Assembly: GCF_003324675.1 (NCBI RefSeq)
Contig: NZ_CP030918.1
Span: 1,950,001 to 1,982,000 of the forward strand
DNA length: 32,000 nt
DNA from: Paracoccus suum
GTDB lineage: Bacteria; Pseudomonadota; Alphaproteobacteria; Rhodobacterales; Rhodobacteraceae
Direction: 5' to 3'
Numbering within the stretch: the stretch's first letter is position 1; every line of letters starts with the position of its first letter. This document shows, one piece after another, positions 9,278 through 18,299 of the stretch. Made by a program: the position numbers and the translations under genes. The notes below the pieces were generated by a model, which searched no databases, was not told the DNA's origin, and was given only the letters and a program-made list of their open reading frames with translations.

Positions 9278-10846
9278 ATGAAACTGCGCCTGAAATACGC
9301 CCTGCCGATGCTCGCGCTGCTGGCGGGGGGGCCGGCCACGGCCGAAACGCTTCGCTGGGGTGCCGCCCGCGACATCTATTCGCTCGACCCCTATTCCTAC
9401 GGTGAAAGCTACACCATCGCCTTCCTGAACCACGTCTACGAAGGCCTGGTGCGCTATAACGAAAAGCTGGAGATCGAGCCGGCCCTCGCCGAAAGCTGGG
9501 AGGTCGTCTCGCCCTCGGTCTGGCGCTTCAAGTTGCGGCCGGGGGTCAAGTTCCACGACGGCGCCGACTTTACCGCGGACGACGTGGTGGCGAGCCTCGC
9601 GCGCGTCAGCGACGAGACCTCGCCGCTGAAAGGCAACCTGCCGACCTACAAGTCGAGCAAGAAGCTCGACGACCTGACGGTCGAGATCGAGTTGACCGGC
9701 CCCTATCCGCTGCTGCTGAACGATCTGACCAACATCCAGATCTTCGACGAGGACTGGATGAAGGCAAACGACTCGCTGAAGCCGACCGATGTCAGCGCCA
9801 AGAAAGAGGGCTACGCCACGTTCAACACCAACGGCACCGGCCCATTCAAGGTCGAGAGCCGGGTCCCAGACAGCAAGACCGTGCTGGTCAAGAACGACGC
9901 CTGGTGGGACACCCCCAAGCACAACCTCGACCGGATCGAGTTCACGCCGATCTCCAGCGCCGCAACCCGCGTCGCAGCGCTGCTGTCGGGGGAAATCGAC
10001 TTCACCGAGAACGCGCCGGTCCAGGACGTCGAGCGGTTGGCAGCCTCGCCGGGCATGAAAGTGATGGAGCGCACCGACCTGCGCACCGTCATGGTCGGCT
10101 TCAACCGCAAGCCCAAGCTGGCGGATGGCCGAGACAACCCGTTCAACGATCTGAAGGTGCGCCAGGCGTTCGAACTGGCGATCGATCGGGACCTGATCAA
10201 GAAGCGAGTTATGCGCGGCAAGTCGCGCAGCGCCGGCGCAATGGTCGCGCCCGAGATTCCGGGCTACACCGAGGCGCTGGACCAGTTCCCGCCGGGCGAC
10301 GCCGAAAAGGCCAAGGCGCTGCTGACCGAGGCCGGACAGGACGGCCTGCCGTTCACGCTGACCTGCACAACCGACGCCTATGTCTCGGAAGAAGAGCTGT
10401 GCAACGCCATGGTCTCGATGCTGACCCGGGCGGGGTTCAAGCCCTCGCTCGATATCGGGCCGGCCGCGGTGCAGACGCCCAAGCGCGCGGGAGGCCAGGC
10501 GGATGTCTATCTGCTGGGCTGGGCCAACGAGCCGATGCTCGACAGCTATTCGCTGCTGGTCCAGATGATCGAGACCAAGTCCGACACCGCGGGTGTGTTC
10601 AACTGGGGCGGCTGGTCCTACCCGGCCATCGACGGAAAGATCAAGGCCGCCTCGACCGAGATGGACCGCGACAAGCGCCTCGCCCTGCAGACCGAGGCCA
10701 TGAAGATGGCGAAGGACGAGATCATCATGCTGCCGCTGCACCAGCAGCCGGTTGCCTGGGCGATGGTCGACCGGGTGGAGTCGGTGGCGCAGCTGGCCGA
10801 CAACAAGGTCCGCCACTGGCTGACCGTCATGGCTCCCGCCAAGTGA
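9278..10846 (+). CDS. ABC transporter substrate-binding protein, family 5, copy 2 (paralog of copy 1)
   Basis: Track ORF of 522 aa with a CAGGAGAG RBS upstream. Signal peptide MKLRLKYALPMLALLAGGPATA. Collinear with copy 1 along its whole length (LRWG.ARDI.SLDPYSYG, LRPGVKFHDGADFTADDV, HNLDRIEFTPI.SAATRVAALLSGEID, RHWLT.MA). Confidence 0.85.
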   Translation: MKLRLKYALPMLALLAGGPATAETLRWGAARDIYSLDPYSYGESYTIAFLNHVYEGLVRYNEKLEIEPALAESWEVVSPSVWRFKLRPGVKFHDGADFTADDVVASLARVSDETSPLKGNLPTYKSSKKLDDLTVEIELTGPYPLLLNDLTNIQIFDEDWMKANDSLKPTDVSAKKEGYATFNTNGTGPFKVESRVPDSKTVLVKNDAWWDTPKHNLDRIEFTPISSAATRVAALLSGEIDFTENAPVQDVERLAASPGMKVMERTDLRTVMVGFNRKPKLADGRDNPFNDLKVRQAFELAIDRDLIKKRVMRGKSRSAGAMVAPEIPGYTEALDQFPPGDAEKAKALLTEAGQDGLPFTLTCTTDAYVSEEELCNAMVSMLTRAGFKPSLDIGPAAVQTPKRAGGQADVYLLGWANEPMLDSYSLLVQMIETKSDTAGVFNWGGWSYPAIDGKIKAASTEMDRDKRLALQTEAMKMAKDEIIMLPLHQQPVAWAMVDRVESVAQLADNKVRHWLTVMAPAK

Positions 10847-10907
10847 GCCGCCTTTCCGGGCCGCCCGCGCGGTGGCCCGGACCCTTCATCCGACGAAAGG
10901 GACGGCC

Positions 10908-11876
10908 ATGCTCGTCTTTGTCCTCAAGCGCCTGATGAACGCGTTGTTTGTCATGCTGGCCGTGGCGGCCCTGGCCTTTGCCATCTTTCAGGTCGCGGGC
11001 GATCCCGTCGAGCTGATGGCCAACGAACAGATGAGCCAGGCCGACCGCGATGCCCTGCGCGAGCGGCTGGGCCTCGACCAGCCGATGCTGGTGCAATTCG
11101 CGCATTTCGTCGGCAACGCGGCGCAAGGCGATTTCGGCATGAGCTGGCGCAACGGCCAGTCGGTCCTCGGCCTGATCGCCGAGCGGTTCCCCGCGACGAT
11201 GGAGTTGGTACTGACCGCGACGCTGCTCTCGCTGTTGATCGGCCTGCCGCTCGGCGTGCTGACCGCAATCGGCCGGGGGCGATGGTATGCCGAAGGACTG
11301 CAGTTCCTTAGTATCATCGGCGTCTCGCTGCCCAGCTTTGTCGTCGGCATCCTGCTGATCCTCGTCTTTTCCGTCATGCTCGGGATCGCCCCCGCCTTTG
11401 GACGGGGCGAGGTCGTGAACCTCGGCTGGTGGTCGACCGGGCTGCTGACCCGCTCCGGGCGGGCCGCGCTGGTGCTGCCCGCGATTGCGCTGTCGCTCTA
11501 CCAGATCACCCTCATCATGCGCCTCGTGCGCGCCGAGATGCTGGAGGTGATGCGCTCGGACTTCGTCAAGTTCGCCCGCGCCCGCGGCGTGCCGCGCCAC
11601 CGCATCTGGTTCCGGCATGCGCTGAAGAACTGCCTGATGCCGGTCGTCACCATGACGGCGATGAACATCGGCGCGCTGATCGCCTTTGCGCTGATCACCG
11701 AGACGGTCTTTCAGTGGCCCGGGATGGGAATGCTGTTCATCCAGGCGGTGACCTTCCTCGATTTCCCGGTGATGTCGGCCTACCTCGTGATCATCAGCTT
11801 CATCTTCGTGGTCCTGAACACGGCCGTGGACATCACCTATGCGGTGATCGACCCGCGCCTGCGCGAGGCGAGGTAA
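10908..11876 (+). CDS. ABC transporter permease (DppB/OppB type)
   Basis: Track ORF 10872..11876 (GTG) trimmed to the ATG at 10908 behind GAAAGGGA. MLVFVLKRLMNALFVMLAV...AGDPVELM...; ends TETVFQWPGMG...IDPRLREAR. Confidence 0.85.
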   Translation: MLVFVLKRLMNALFVMLAVAALAFAIFQVAGDPVELMANEQMSQADRDALRERLGLDQPMLVQFAHFVGNAAQGDFGMSWRNGQSVLGLIAERFPATMELVLTATLLSLLIGLPLGVLTAIGRGRWYAEGLQFLSIIGVSLPSFVVGILLILVFSVMLGIAPAFGRGEVVNLGWWSTGLLTRSGRAALVLPAIALSLYQITLIMRLVRAEMLEVMRSDFVKFARARGVPRHRIWFRHALKNCLMPVVTMTAMNIGALIAFALITETVFQWPGMGMLFIQAVTFLDFPVMSAYLVIISFIFVVLNTAVDITYAVIDPRLREAR

Positions 11877-11879
11877 GCC

Positions 11880-12851
11880 ATGTCCAATCCCGTAGTGAAT
11901 GTTCCCGCCGATTCCATGGTCCCCTCGGACGGGGTCGCGACCTCGCGCTGGCGGCGATGGCGCAGTTCGGACCTGTGGTGGTCCTTCACGCACAAGCCCT
12001 CGGCCATGATCGCAGCGGGGATCCTGCTGGTACTTGTGATCGCGGCCTTCGCCGCACCGCTTTACGTGCCGCAGAACCCGTATGACCCGGCGCAGCTGGA
12101 CCTGCTGAACGCAGAGATCCCGCCCATCTGGTCGCCGGACGGGCAGTGGCCGTTCATTCTCGGGACGGATACGCAGGGCCGCGACATGTTGTCAGCGATC
12201 CTATATGGCTCGCGCAGCTCGATCATCATCGGCATCGCCTCGGTCGCGCTGTCGCTGAGCATCGGCATGATCCTGGGGCTGTTCGCCGGATATTTCGGTG
12301 GCATTACCGACACCGTGCTGATGCGCTTTGGCGATATCCTGCTGTCGATCCCGACCATCCTGATCGCCATCCTGGTCAGCGCCATCGCACGCCAGGCCCT
12401 GCCCGAGAACCTGCGTGATGCCGGTGCCGCTGGCGTCCTGGTCCTTGCCATCACTCTGTCGGCCTGGGTGCAATACGCCCGTACCGTCCGCGCCCAGGCG
12501 GCGGTCGAGCGCAACCGGGAATATGTGCAGGCGGCGCGGCTGCTGAAGGTGCCCGCCCGGCGCATCATGTTCCGCCACATCCTGCCGAACACTCTGACCC
12601 CGATCTTTGTCGCCGCCACACTGAACTTTGGCATGGCGATCCTGACCGAGGCGACGCTGTCCTTTCTGGGCATCGGCATGCCGCCCAGCCAGCCGAGCCT
12701 CGGCACGCTCATCCGGCTGGGCAACCAGTTCCTGTTCTCTGGCGTGTGGTGGGTGGTGTTGTTCCCGGTGATCCAGCTCTGCCTGCTGGTCGTGTCGGTC
12801 AACCTGCTGGGTGACTGGCTGCGCGACGCGCTGAACCCCAAGCTGAGGTAA
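11880..12851 (+). CDS. ABC transporter permease (DppC/OppC type)
   Basis: Track ORF of 323 aa. The ATG lies 3 nt after the upstream stop. ILGTDTQGRDMLSAILYGSR and the C-terminal NLLGDWLRDALNPKLR are typical of OppC-family permeases. Confidence 0.85.
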   Translation: MSNPVVNVPADSMVPSDGVATSRWRRWRSSDLWWSFTHKPSAMIAAGILLVLVIAAFAAPLYVPQNPYDPAQLDLLNAEIPPIWSPDGQWPFILGTDTQGRDMLSAILYGSRSSIIIGIASVALSLSIGMILGLFAGYFGGITDTVLMRFGDILLSIPTILIAILVSAIARQALPENLRDAGAAGVLVLAITLSAWVQYARTVRAQAAVERNREYVQAARLLKVPARRIMFRHILPNTLTPIFVAATLNFGMAILTEATLSFLGIGMPPSQPSLGTLIRLGNQFLFSGVWWVVLFPVIQLCLLVVSVNLLGDWLRDALNPKLR

Positions 12852-12854
12852 GTG

Positions 12855-14057
12855 ATGACCGACCTGCTGATCCGTAACATCCGCCCGATGGGCGGCCCGG
12901 CCGCCGACCTGCTCGTCCGCGGCGGCCTGATCGCGGCGATCGGCCCGGACCTGCCCGCCGAGGGCGCGGCGGTCGAGGATGGCGCCGGTGCACTGGCGGT
13001 TCCGGGTCTGATCGACGCCCATACCCACTTGGACAAGACCACCTGGGGCATGGGCTGGCACGTCAACGACCAGAACGCGACCCTGCGTGGCCGGATCGAT
13101 TACGAGCGCGAGAACCGCATGGCGCTGGGCATCGACCCGGTGCGCCAGCCTCTACGGCACGCGTTGCTGCTGGCGGCGCATGGCGCGACGCACATCCGAA
13201 GCCATGTCGACATCGACACCGACCACGGACTCGCCATCTTCCACGGGCTGCTCGAGGCGCGCGAGAAGCTGGCCGGGGTCATCGACATCGAAATCGTGGC
13301 CTTTCCGCAATCGGGCATCATGACCCGCGCCGGCACGATCGATCTGCTCGACGCGGCGCTGGCGGAAGGGGCCGAAGTCGTCGGCGGGATCGATCCGTGC
13401 GGCATGGACCGCGACCCTAAAGGGCATCTGGATGCGGTGTTCGGGCTGGCGGAAAAGCATGGCAAGCCGATCGACATCCACCTGCACGAGACCGGGGATC
13501 TGGGCGCCTTCGACATGGAGGAGATCTTTGCCCGTACGGAGGCGCTGGGAATGCAGGGCAAGGTCGCGATCAGCCACGCCTTTGCCCTGGGTGCGCCCGA
13601 CACTGCCCGCATGCAGGCGCTGATCGATCGGATCGCCGCGCTAGACATCGCCATTCTGACCACCGGGGCGCCATCGGCTACCGTGCCGCTGATCCTGCGT
13701 CTGAAAGAGGCTGGCATCCGCGTCGGCGCGGGCTGCGACGGCATCCGCGATACCTGGGGGCCCTGGGGCAAGCCCGACATGCTGCACCGCGCCGAGGTGA
13801 TCGGCATGCGCAACGGCTTTCGCCGGGACGAGGATCTTGAGTACGCGCTGCACGTGTGCAGCACCGGCGGGGCCGAGGTGATGGGTTTGCCCGGCCATCG
13901 ACTGGCGATTGGTGATGCGGCCGACTTGTGCCTGATCGAGGCGATGACTCTGGCCCACGCGGTCGCCGATACCGCGCCGCGCACATTGACGGTCAAGGGC
14001 GGCAAGGTCACGGCCCGCGGCGGCGAGATCGTCGTACCCGGCGTGGTGATCCCGTGA
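12855..14057 (+). CDS. Amidohydrolase superfamily enzyme, cytosine deaminase (CodA)/AtzC-like
   Basis: Track ORF 12852..14057 (GTG at 12852 or ATG at 12855, immediately after the permease stop). Motifs collinear with E. coli CodA as recalled: PGLIDAHTHLDK (HxH), HIRSHVDID, IVAFPQSGI, IDIHLHE, ISHAF, GCDGIRDTWGPWG. Confidence 0.8.
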   Translation: MTDLLIRNIRPMGGPAADLLVRGGLIAAIGPDLPAEGAAVEDGAGALAVPGLIDAHTHLDKTTWGMGWHVNDQNATLRGRIDYERENRMALGIDPVRQPLRHALLLAAHGATHIRSHVDIDTDHGLAIFHGLLEAREKLAGVIDIEIVAFPQSGIMTRAGTIDLLDAALAEGAEVVGGIDPCGMDRDPKGHLDAVFGLAEKHGKPIDIHLHETGDLGAFDMEEIFARTEALGMQGKVAISHAFALGAPDTARMQALIDRIAALDIAILTTGAPSATVPLILRLKEAGIRVGAGCDGIRDTWGPWGKPDMLHRAEVIGMRNGFRRDEDLEYALHVCSTGGAEVMGLPGHRLAIGDAADLCLIEAMTLAHAVADTAPRTLTVKGGKVTARGGEIVVPGVVIP

Positions 14058-15547
14058 GGGGTCTTGCCGATCTGCCACTGGGATCGCGACCGGAGGGCCG
14101 CACCGCACTGCGCGCGACATGGGTGCTGGCACATGACGGGTCGGGCCATCGCCTGATCCGCGACGGCGAGGTGGTGATCGAGGGATCGCGCGTCCTCTGG
14201 GTTGGAAAGCGGTTCGAGGGCGAGGTGGCGCGCCGGGTCGATTTCGGCGCGGCGCTGATCTCGCCCGGGCTCATCGACCTCGATGCACTGTCGGACCTCG
14301 ACACCACGGTCCTGTCCATCGACCACGCGCCCGGCTGGGCCAAAGGTCGCGTCTGGCCGCGCGATTACGCTGCCCGCGCCCGCGAGATGTATGACCCCGG
14401 CGAGCTGGCGTTTCAGAAGCGCTTTGCCTTCGCGCAACTGCTGATGAACGGCATCACCACCGCCGCGCCGATCGCCTCGCTGTTCTATCGTCAGTGGGGC
14501 GAGACGGTCGCCGAGTTCACCGCCGCCGCCGATGCCGCAGGCGAGATGGGACTGCGGGTCTATCTCTCGCCCGCCTACCGGGCCGGGGGCATGCTGCTGG
14601 ACGGGCCAGGCCAGATGGTGCCGGAGTTTGACGAGGCTCGGGGCATGGCGGGGCTGGCCGATGCGGTAGCCTTCATCCGCGCGCAGGACGGCCGCTTTGA
14701 CGGGCTGGTGCGCGGCATGCTGGCACCCGACCGGGTCGAGACCTGCACCGAAGGCCTGCTGCGTGCCACGGATGCCGCCGCCCGTGATCTTGGCTGCAAG
14801 ATTCGCCTGCACATGGCGCAGGGCGAAATGGAAGTTGCGACCGTTCGCAGCCTGCACGGGATGACCGCGCCGCAATGGCTGGCGAGTCTCGGGCTGCTCT
14901 CGGACCGGCTGATCGCGCCGCATGCCACCAATGCGACCGAAGAAGACCTTGCCCTCTATGCCGCGAACGGGGTCAGCGTCGTGCATTGCCCGCTGGTCTC
15001 GGGGCGGGGCGGCTCGGTCCTGCGCACCTTCGATCGGCTGCGGGCAATGGGCATCAACATTGCCATGGGCACCGACACCGCGCCGGCGGACATGCTGATG
15101 AACCTGCAAGCGGCACTGATCACCTGCCGCACGGCGGGCGGTTCTGTCCGCACCCCCGATCTGTGGGGGGCCGCGACACTCGGCGGGGCGGCGGCGTTGG
15201 GGCGCGATGACCTCGGCCGGATCGCAGCCGGTTTGCCAGCCGACATTGCAGTGTTCGATCTGGCCGATCCAGTGATGACGCCGGCGATCGATCCGATCAC
15301 CACGCTGGTCGCAGGAGGCTCGGGCAAGGTTACGCGGGCGACCTTCGTCGACGGGCGGCTGTCGATGCGGCGGCTGGCGGGCGTGGCCGAGGTTGCGGGC
15401 ATTCCCGATCTCGCCGCGGCGCAGGCCCGCGCGCAGGCGCAGTTCGACGGGCTGGTCGCGCAATATCCCGACCGCAGCTGGGGCCACCCGCCGCTCGAGC
15501 AGCTTTTCCCGCCCTCGTTCCCGCTGATGGAGGATGCCGATGGCTGA
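14054..15547 (+). CDS. Amidohydrolase superfamily enzyme, chlorohydrolase/aminohydrolase (COG0402, SsnA/TRZ-ATZ-like) with a non-canonical first metal motif
   Basis: Track ORF 13928..15547 trimmed to the in-frame GTG at 14054 that overlaps the upstream stop (GTGA). Motifs RLHMAQGEMEV, VVHCP and NIAMGTDTAP fit COG0402. The usual GLID-HxH is GLIDLDALSD here. Confidence 0.75.
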   Translation: MRGLADLPLGSRPEGRTALRATWVLAHDGSGHRLIRDGEVVIEGSRVLWVGKRFEGEVARRVDFGAALISPGLIDLDALSDLDTTVLSIDHAPGWAKGRVWPRDYAARAREMYDPGELAFQKRFAFAQLLMNGITTAAPIASLFYRQWGETVAEFTAAADAAGEMGLRVYLSPAYRAGGMLLDGPGQMVPEFDEARGMAGLADAVAFIRAQDGRFDGLVRGMLAPDRVETCTEGLLRATDAAARDLGCKIRLHMAQGEMEVATVRSLHGMTAPQWLASLGLLSDRLIAPHATNATEEDLALYAANGVSVVHCPLVSGRGGSVLRTFDRLRAMGINIAMGTDTAPADMLMNLQAALITCRTAGGSVRTPDLWGAATLGGAAALGRDDLGRIAAGLPADIAVFDLADPVMTPAIDPITTLVAGGSGKVTRATFVDGRLSMRRLAGVAEVAGIPDLAAAQARAQAQFDGLVAQYPDRSWGHPPLEQLFPPSFPLMEDADG

Positions 15548-16541
15548 CGCAGCCCTGGCCGCAAGACCGGCCGAGCATGTGCTGGAGGTGCGCGATCTGG
15601 TGGTCGAGTTCCCCGGCCGCCATGGCACGCTGCGCGCGCTCGATGGGGTGTCGCTGTCGATCCGGCCGGGGGAAATCCTGGGCGTGGTCGGCGAAAGCGG
15701 CGCCGGCAAGTCGATGACCGGCCTTGCCGTCCAGCAACTGCTGGAGCCGCCGGGCCGCATCGCCAGCGGGGCGGTCCTGTTGGACGGGCAGCGCATCGAC
15801 AATCTGCCCGAATCCGCGATGACCCGCATCCGCGGTCGCCAGATCGGGGCGATCTTCCAGGACCCGCTTACCAGCCTGAACCCACTGTTCACCGTCGGCC
15901 AACAACTGGTCGAGACGATCCGCCTGCACCTGCCGGTCTCGCGCGCGCAGGCCCGGTTGCGGGCGATCGACCTGCTGGCCGAGGTCGGCATCCCGGCCCC
16001 GACCGAGCGGGTCGATAGCTATCCCCACCAGTTTTCCGGGGGCATGCGCCAGCGGGTGGTCATCGCGCTCGCCCTGGCCGCGCGGCCAAAGCTGGTGATC
16101 GCGGACGAGCCGACGACCGCGCTGGACGTTTCGATCCAGGCACAGATCACGGCGCTGCTGCGGCGGCTGTGCAAGGAACATGGCACCGCCGTGATGCTGG
16201 TCACCCACGACATGGGCGTGATCGCCGAGACCGCGGACCGCGTGGCGGTGATGTATGCTGGCCGGTTGGTCGAGATCGGGCCGGTCGCAGATGTCGTCGC
16301 CGCTCCGCAGCATCCCTATACCCGCGGGTTGATGGGCAGCATCCCGGCGCTGGGGGCGCGGGTGCAGCGCCTGACCCAGATCGACGGCGCCATGCCGCGG
16401 CTCTCGGCGATTCCACCGGGCTGCGCCTTCAACCCGCGCTGTCCACATGCGGGCCCGCGATGCCACATCGAGGTGCCGCATCTGGTCCCGGTCGGGGCCA
16501 GCCGCGCCGCCTGCCACCTGCATGACGGAGGGGTCGCATGA
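15534..16541 (+). CDS. ABC transporter ATP-binding protein (OppD/DppD type) with Cys-rich C-terminal domain
   Basis: Track ORF of 335 aa. Start is the ATG at 15534 or 15540; both overlap the amidohydrolase stop at 15545..15547. Walker A GESGAGKS, signature FSGGMRQR, Walker [21 protein letters not shown], then C-x5-C-x6-C-x16-C. Confidence 0.88.
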   Translation: MPMADAALAARPAEHVLEVRDLVVEFPGRHGTLRALDGVSLSIRPGEILGVVGESGAGKSMTGLAVQQLLEPPGRIASGAVLLDGQRIDNLPESAMTRIRGRQIGAIFQDPLTSLNPLFTVGQQLVETIRLHLPVSRAQARLRAIDLLAEVGIPAPTERVDSYPHQFSGGMRQRVVIALALAARPKLVIADEPTTALDVSIQAQITALLRRLCKEHGTAVMLVTHDMGVIAETADRVAVMYAGRLVEIGPVADVVAAPQHPYTRGLMGSIPALGARVQRLTQIDGAMPRLSAIPPGCAFNPRCPHAGPRCHIEVPHLVPVGASRAACHLHDGGVA

Positions 16542-17590
16542 CCGAGGCCGCGCTGACCGCATCCCACCTGACCCGCGTGTTCGATGTCTCCGAGCCGTGG
16601 CTGAACCGCGTCATCGAGGGCAAGCCGCGCCGCAGCCTGCGCGCCGTCGATGACATCGACTTCGTCGTCCCGCGCGGCGGCTGCCTGTCGCTGGTCGGCG
16701 AATCCGGCTGCGGCAAGTCGACCGTCGCACGGCTGGTCACGGGGCTCTACAGCCCCAGCGCCGGCGAGTTGCGCTTTGCGCCGGGCAAGGGCGGCAAGCC
16801 GCTGGCGGCCCAGATGATCTTTCAGGATCCCTATGCCAGCCTGAACCCGCGCTGGCGGGTCGATGCCATCATCGCCGAGCCGTTGCGCGAATTGCGCCTG
16901 CGGGACAGCGAGGCCGCGATCAGCGCACGCGTGGCCGAACTGCTGACCACCGTTGGCCTCTCGCCGACAGACGGGCGCAAGTACCCGCACGAATTCTCTG
17001 GCGGGCAGCGGCAGCGCATCTCGATCGCCCGCGCGCTTGCCGGCGAGCCCGAGTTCCTGATCTGCGACGAGCCGACCAGTGCGCTCGACGTCAGCGTGCA
17101 GGCGCAGATCCTGAACCTGATGCGCGAGTTGCAGGACAAGATGGGGCTGACCTATCTGTTCATCAGCCATGACCTCAGCGTCGTGCGACACATGAGTGAC
17201 CGGATCGCGGTCATGTATCTGGGCCGGATCGTCGAGGAGGCGCCAACCGAGGTACTGTTCGCCACCCCGCGCCACCCCTATACACAGCTGCTGCTGGAGA
17301 CGATCCCGAACGTCCGCGCCCCGCATCGCGACCGCGCGGTGAAGGGCGGCGAGGTGCCTTCGCCGGTCAACCCGCCGTCGGGCTGCACCTTCCATCCGCG
17401 CTGCCCGCTGGCAGATGGCCGATGCAAGGCCGAGCGGCCAGCGGTGCTGTCCTGGCCCGACGGCTCGCGCACCGCCTGCCACCGGGTCGAGGAAGCGAAT
17501 GGCGCGCCGGCGGGTGCTGCCGCGGGCGGCGCCCCTCAGCCCAGCGCGCTGCGCAAGTCGGCCGAGCCGATCCGGGCGGGGCTGAGGTGA
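16538..17590 (+). CDS. ABC transporter ATP-binding protein (OppF/DppF type) with Cys-rich C-terminal domain and low-complexity tail
   Basis: Track ORF of 350 aa with an ATGA overlap onto the upstream gene. Walker [10 protein letters not shown], signature FSGGQRQR, Walker B FLICDEPTSALD, RHPYTQLL, and a four-Cys motif. The last ~33 aa are Ala/Gly/Pro-rich. Confidence 0.88.
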   Translation: MTEAALTASHLTRVFDVSEPWLNRVIEGKPRRSLRAVDDIDFVVPRGGCLSLVGESGCGKSTVARLVTGLYSPSAGELRFAPGKGGKPLAAQMIFQDPYASLNPRWRVDAIIAEPLRELRLRDSEAAISARVAELLTTVGLSPTDGRKYPHEFSGGQRQRISIARALAGEPEFLICDEPTSALDVSVQAQILNLMRELQDKMGLTYLFISHDLSVVRHMSDRIAVMYLGRIVEEAPTEVLFATPRHPYTQLLLETIPNVRAPHRDRAVKGGEVPSPVNPPSGCTFHPRCPLADGRCKAERPAVLSWPDGSRTACHRVEEANGAPAGAAAGGAPQPSALRKSAEPIRAGLR

Positions 17591-18246
17591 AGTTCGGATT
17601 CCAGATGCGCCAGATGCCCGCCCATCGCCTCGACCGCGCCCGCGCCGTCGCCACGCGCAAGGCAATCGACGATGGCGCCATGCTCGTCGGGGCCGCAGTT
17701 GAAATGCGCCGTGTCGCGATAGACCGCCGTGATGAGCGAGCTGCGCGCCACCAGATCGCGCATGATCGTCGCCAGAAAGTCCGTACCCACAAGCTCGGCC
17801 AGACGGATGTGAAAACGTCCCGAGAGGCGGATCACGTCGGGAATGTTGCTGTCGGCGGAGGCGCGGCGCTCTTCGGCGATCAGTTCGCGCAGCTCGGCGA
17901 CCGCAGCGGGCGTGATTGCTGCGGCCAGACGCTCGACCACGCGCCGCTCGATGGCGTGGCGGGCATAGAACACATCGGCGGCTTCCTCGACCGAGGGGGC
18001 CGCAACGAAGGCGCCGCGATTGGGTACGATGGTGACCAGCCCCTCGCGGCTCAGGTCGGCGAGCGCCTGGCGTACGCGCGCCCGGTTGACGGCAAAGATT
18101 TCGGCCAGCTCTTCTTCCTTCAGGCGGGTGCCAGGGCGCAGGCGTCCCTCGGCGATGGCCAGCCAAATGCGCTCGCCGATCTCGGCCGCATTCGCCCCCT
18201 TGCCGCGTTCGGCGGTGATCTGGTCCACTTTCGCTCTCCACACCAT
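17536..18246 (-). CDS. GntR-family transcriptional regulator (FadR/FCD subfamily)
   Basis: Track ORF 17536..18342 trimmed to the ATG at 18246 (alternatives: ATG at 18324, GTG at 18342). Winged HTH RLKEEELAEIFAVNRARVRQALADLSREGLVTIVPNRGAFV followed by a helical FCD-like domain. Confidence 0.8.
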   Translation of the reverse strand: MVWRAKVDQITAERGKGANAAEIGERIWLAIAEGRLRPGTRLKEEELAEIFAVNRARVRQALADLSREGLVTIVPNRGAFVAAPSVEEAADVFYARHAIERRVVERLAAAITPAAVAELRELIAEERRASADSNIPDVIRLSGRFHIRLAELVGTDFLATIMRDLVARSSLITAVYRDTAHFNCGPDEHGAIVDCLARGDGAGAVEAMGGHLAHLESELHLSPARIGSADLRSALG

Positions 18247-18275
18247 CAGGTCCGTTGGGCCGTCTGCCGACAGGA

Positions 18276-18283
18276 TTGTCAAC
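18276..18283. promoter_or_regulatory. TTGTCAAC octamer, identical to the left arm of the 7578..7599 inverted repeat, in the gntR / flavin-reductase divergent region
   Basis: Read directly: caggaTTGTCAACactt. It lies 30 nt from the preferred gntR start and 40 nt from the flavin reductase start. Confidence 0.45.
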
Positions 18284-18286
18284 ACT

Positions 18287-18299
18287 TTGCGCAGCGCAA
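18287..18299. promoter_or_regulatory. 13-bp palindrome TTGCGC-A-GCGCAA in the same divergent region
   Basis: Read directly. Perfect 6-bp arms around one central base, 3 nt after the TTGTCAAC octamer. Confidence 0.3.

Noticed and set aside
13100-15991. A 963-aa ORF on the - strand, the longest in the track, spanning both amidohydrolase genes and the start of an ATPase gene
   Set aside because: It is antisense to three genes that carry clear family motifs. Its product is Arg/Ala/Pro/Ser-rich low-complexity sequence with no recognisable domain. Stop-free antisense frames are expected in DNA with such high GC3. The same reasoning applies to 16316..18241, 4946..6577, 7857..9260, 9236..10816, 10827..11993, 12062..13066, 24217..25461, 19622..20761, 29029..30459, 1064..2155 and 6629..7747.
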